A stretch of 63,958 nucleotides of DNA, filler included, from Octopus bimaculoides (Eukaryota): NCBI RefSeq assembly GCF_001194135.2. It is 7 parts of 7 records of this genome, joined end to end, with 100 filler letters (N's around TTAATTAATTAA, not from the genome) between each part and the next. Parts side by side here need not be neighbours in the genome. Positions count along the whole stretch, not along the records: positions 62,863 to 63,958 come from NW_026425519.1; 6 more parts are not named here. One strand, given 5' to 3'. This document shows, piece after piece, positions 62,763 through 63,958 of this stretch. Each line of letters opens with the position of its first letter. Positions within the stretch are counted from its first letter, which is position 1. Position numbers and translations under genes: made by a program. The notes under the pieces were generated by a model that saw only the letters and a list, made by a program, of their open reading frames with translations, ran no database searches and had not been told where the DNA came from.

Positions 62763-63958
62763 NNNNNNNNNNNNNNNNNNNNNNNNNNNNNNNNNNNNNN
62801 NNNNNNTTAATTAATTAANNNNNNNNNNNNNNNNNNNNNNNNNNNNNNNNNNNNNNNNNNNNGTATGAATAAATAAGTCTTAGATTTGATAGAATAATCT
62901 GAATACTAAAGGGTTAATGTCCGTTTTTCCATGCTAGCAGGACTTCAGTGGGAATTGATTATAAGGTAAAGTTTTAGGGTCAGACTCTCTGTTTGCCGCC
63001 AATCATCAACCTATTTTTTCAGGTAATAGAATTTTATATTCCACAAGTCTTTGATTGAAAGTGCTGACTGAATGGGTCCAATGCCAACACAGAATGTAAA
63101 CACCTTTACTATCTTTTGTTTGTTTGTGTGTGTGTATGTGTGCGAACGAATGTTTACATTCTGCACCCATGACAAACAAGATGCAAAAGGCAGTGGTGTC
63201 TGTGGTCATTCCCTGCTAATAAGGCATCCCAAGAGCTCAGTATGCTTGAAGGCAGATGAAATAGAGGAAAAAAACCTTCACTTGAAAAATAGCCAAGAGC
63301 TATTGACAAGAAGGGAGTCTAGGCGTAAAAAGAAAAAAATGAAGCAATAAAGTTATTTAAGAGATAGTGTAATTATAATTTTAAGTAATCATAATACAAG
63401 TGAACAGAAGATTATTATTTCTAAATCTCTGAATGAGAAACATTCAGTAACAGTACTCTAGAGTAAAATTTATTTGCCAACATGATGTGGCAGTCCTGGT
63501 TTAGGATGAATGTTACTGTTATTTAGCCCCANNNNNNNNNNAACATCGTCTCCAGCTGGCTATACAACACAATCTGTGTCCCTATATATTTTCAACAAGG
63601 GCATATCTCAACAAGAGATATTCTACAACAGTACTCTAGAGTAAAGATTCTTTGCCAACATAACATGGCAGTCCACTTCTTNNNNNNNNNNACTCTAGAG
63701 TAAAGATTCTTTGCCAACATAACATGGCAGTCCACTTCTTGCTTAGCAATGTCAGCATTTTTTCTTGATTTGACTTCTTTCTGTATTTCTGGTACTTTTG
63801 TCTGTAACAAACCAATATAATTATTACTGTAAGTGACTGAGACTTCTGGTGATCTACTGTGCTTGAGAAGAAAAGTTGAAATCATGGTTGTGGCCAGCGC
63901 CGGTGGCACGCAAAAGGTACCTGTGTTGGTGACAGGCAAAAGGCACCTGTGCTGGCAC

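Noticed and set aside
63006-63350. Short ORFs on both strands, including a VSVVIPC glycosyltransferase-like word
   Set aside because: That word is followed immediately by stops, and the other frames show no known motif.
63627-63740. Apparent tandem repeat ACTCTAGAGTAAAGATTCTTTGCCAACATAACATGGCAGTCCACTTCTT
   Set aside because: Identical copies on either side of a 10-N gap indicate an unmerged contig overlap. Only the diverged copy at 63449-63496 may be real.

Overview
Eukaryotic, AT-rich, microsatellite- and gap-rich genomic DNA with no recognisable host protein-coding exon, rRNA, true tRNA gene or CRISPR array. The repeat families and assembly style suggest a coleoid cephalopod such as Octopus (inference). 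The window is almost entirely mobile-element debris. It holds many copies of about five tRNA-headed SINE families (labelled A, B, C, D, F here), fragments of R4/Dong-type (RLE), Tx1/L1, CR1-group, RTE and Penelope-like (RT + GIY-YIG) retroelements, several mariner/Tc1 remnants and one MITE candidate. The most notable signal is nine minimal type-I hammerhead-ribozyme (HHR) motifs, ranging from near-intact to degenerate, most with palindromic stem III. Three belong to a SINE built as tRNA head + (AAT)n + hammerhead tail. One of these insertions is a palindromic double-hammerhead flanked by a 13-bp target-site duplication, which suggests a Pol III-driven, ribozyme-bearing SINE mobilised by Penelope-like machinery. 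A second, older inverted double-hammerhead element and a second tRNA-head/hammerhead fusion also occur. Two further apparent SINE-LINE tail partnerships (family B with a CR1-group LINE, a family A variant with Tx1) are visible. All analysis was by eye; coordinates are approximate to a few bases.
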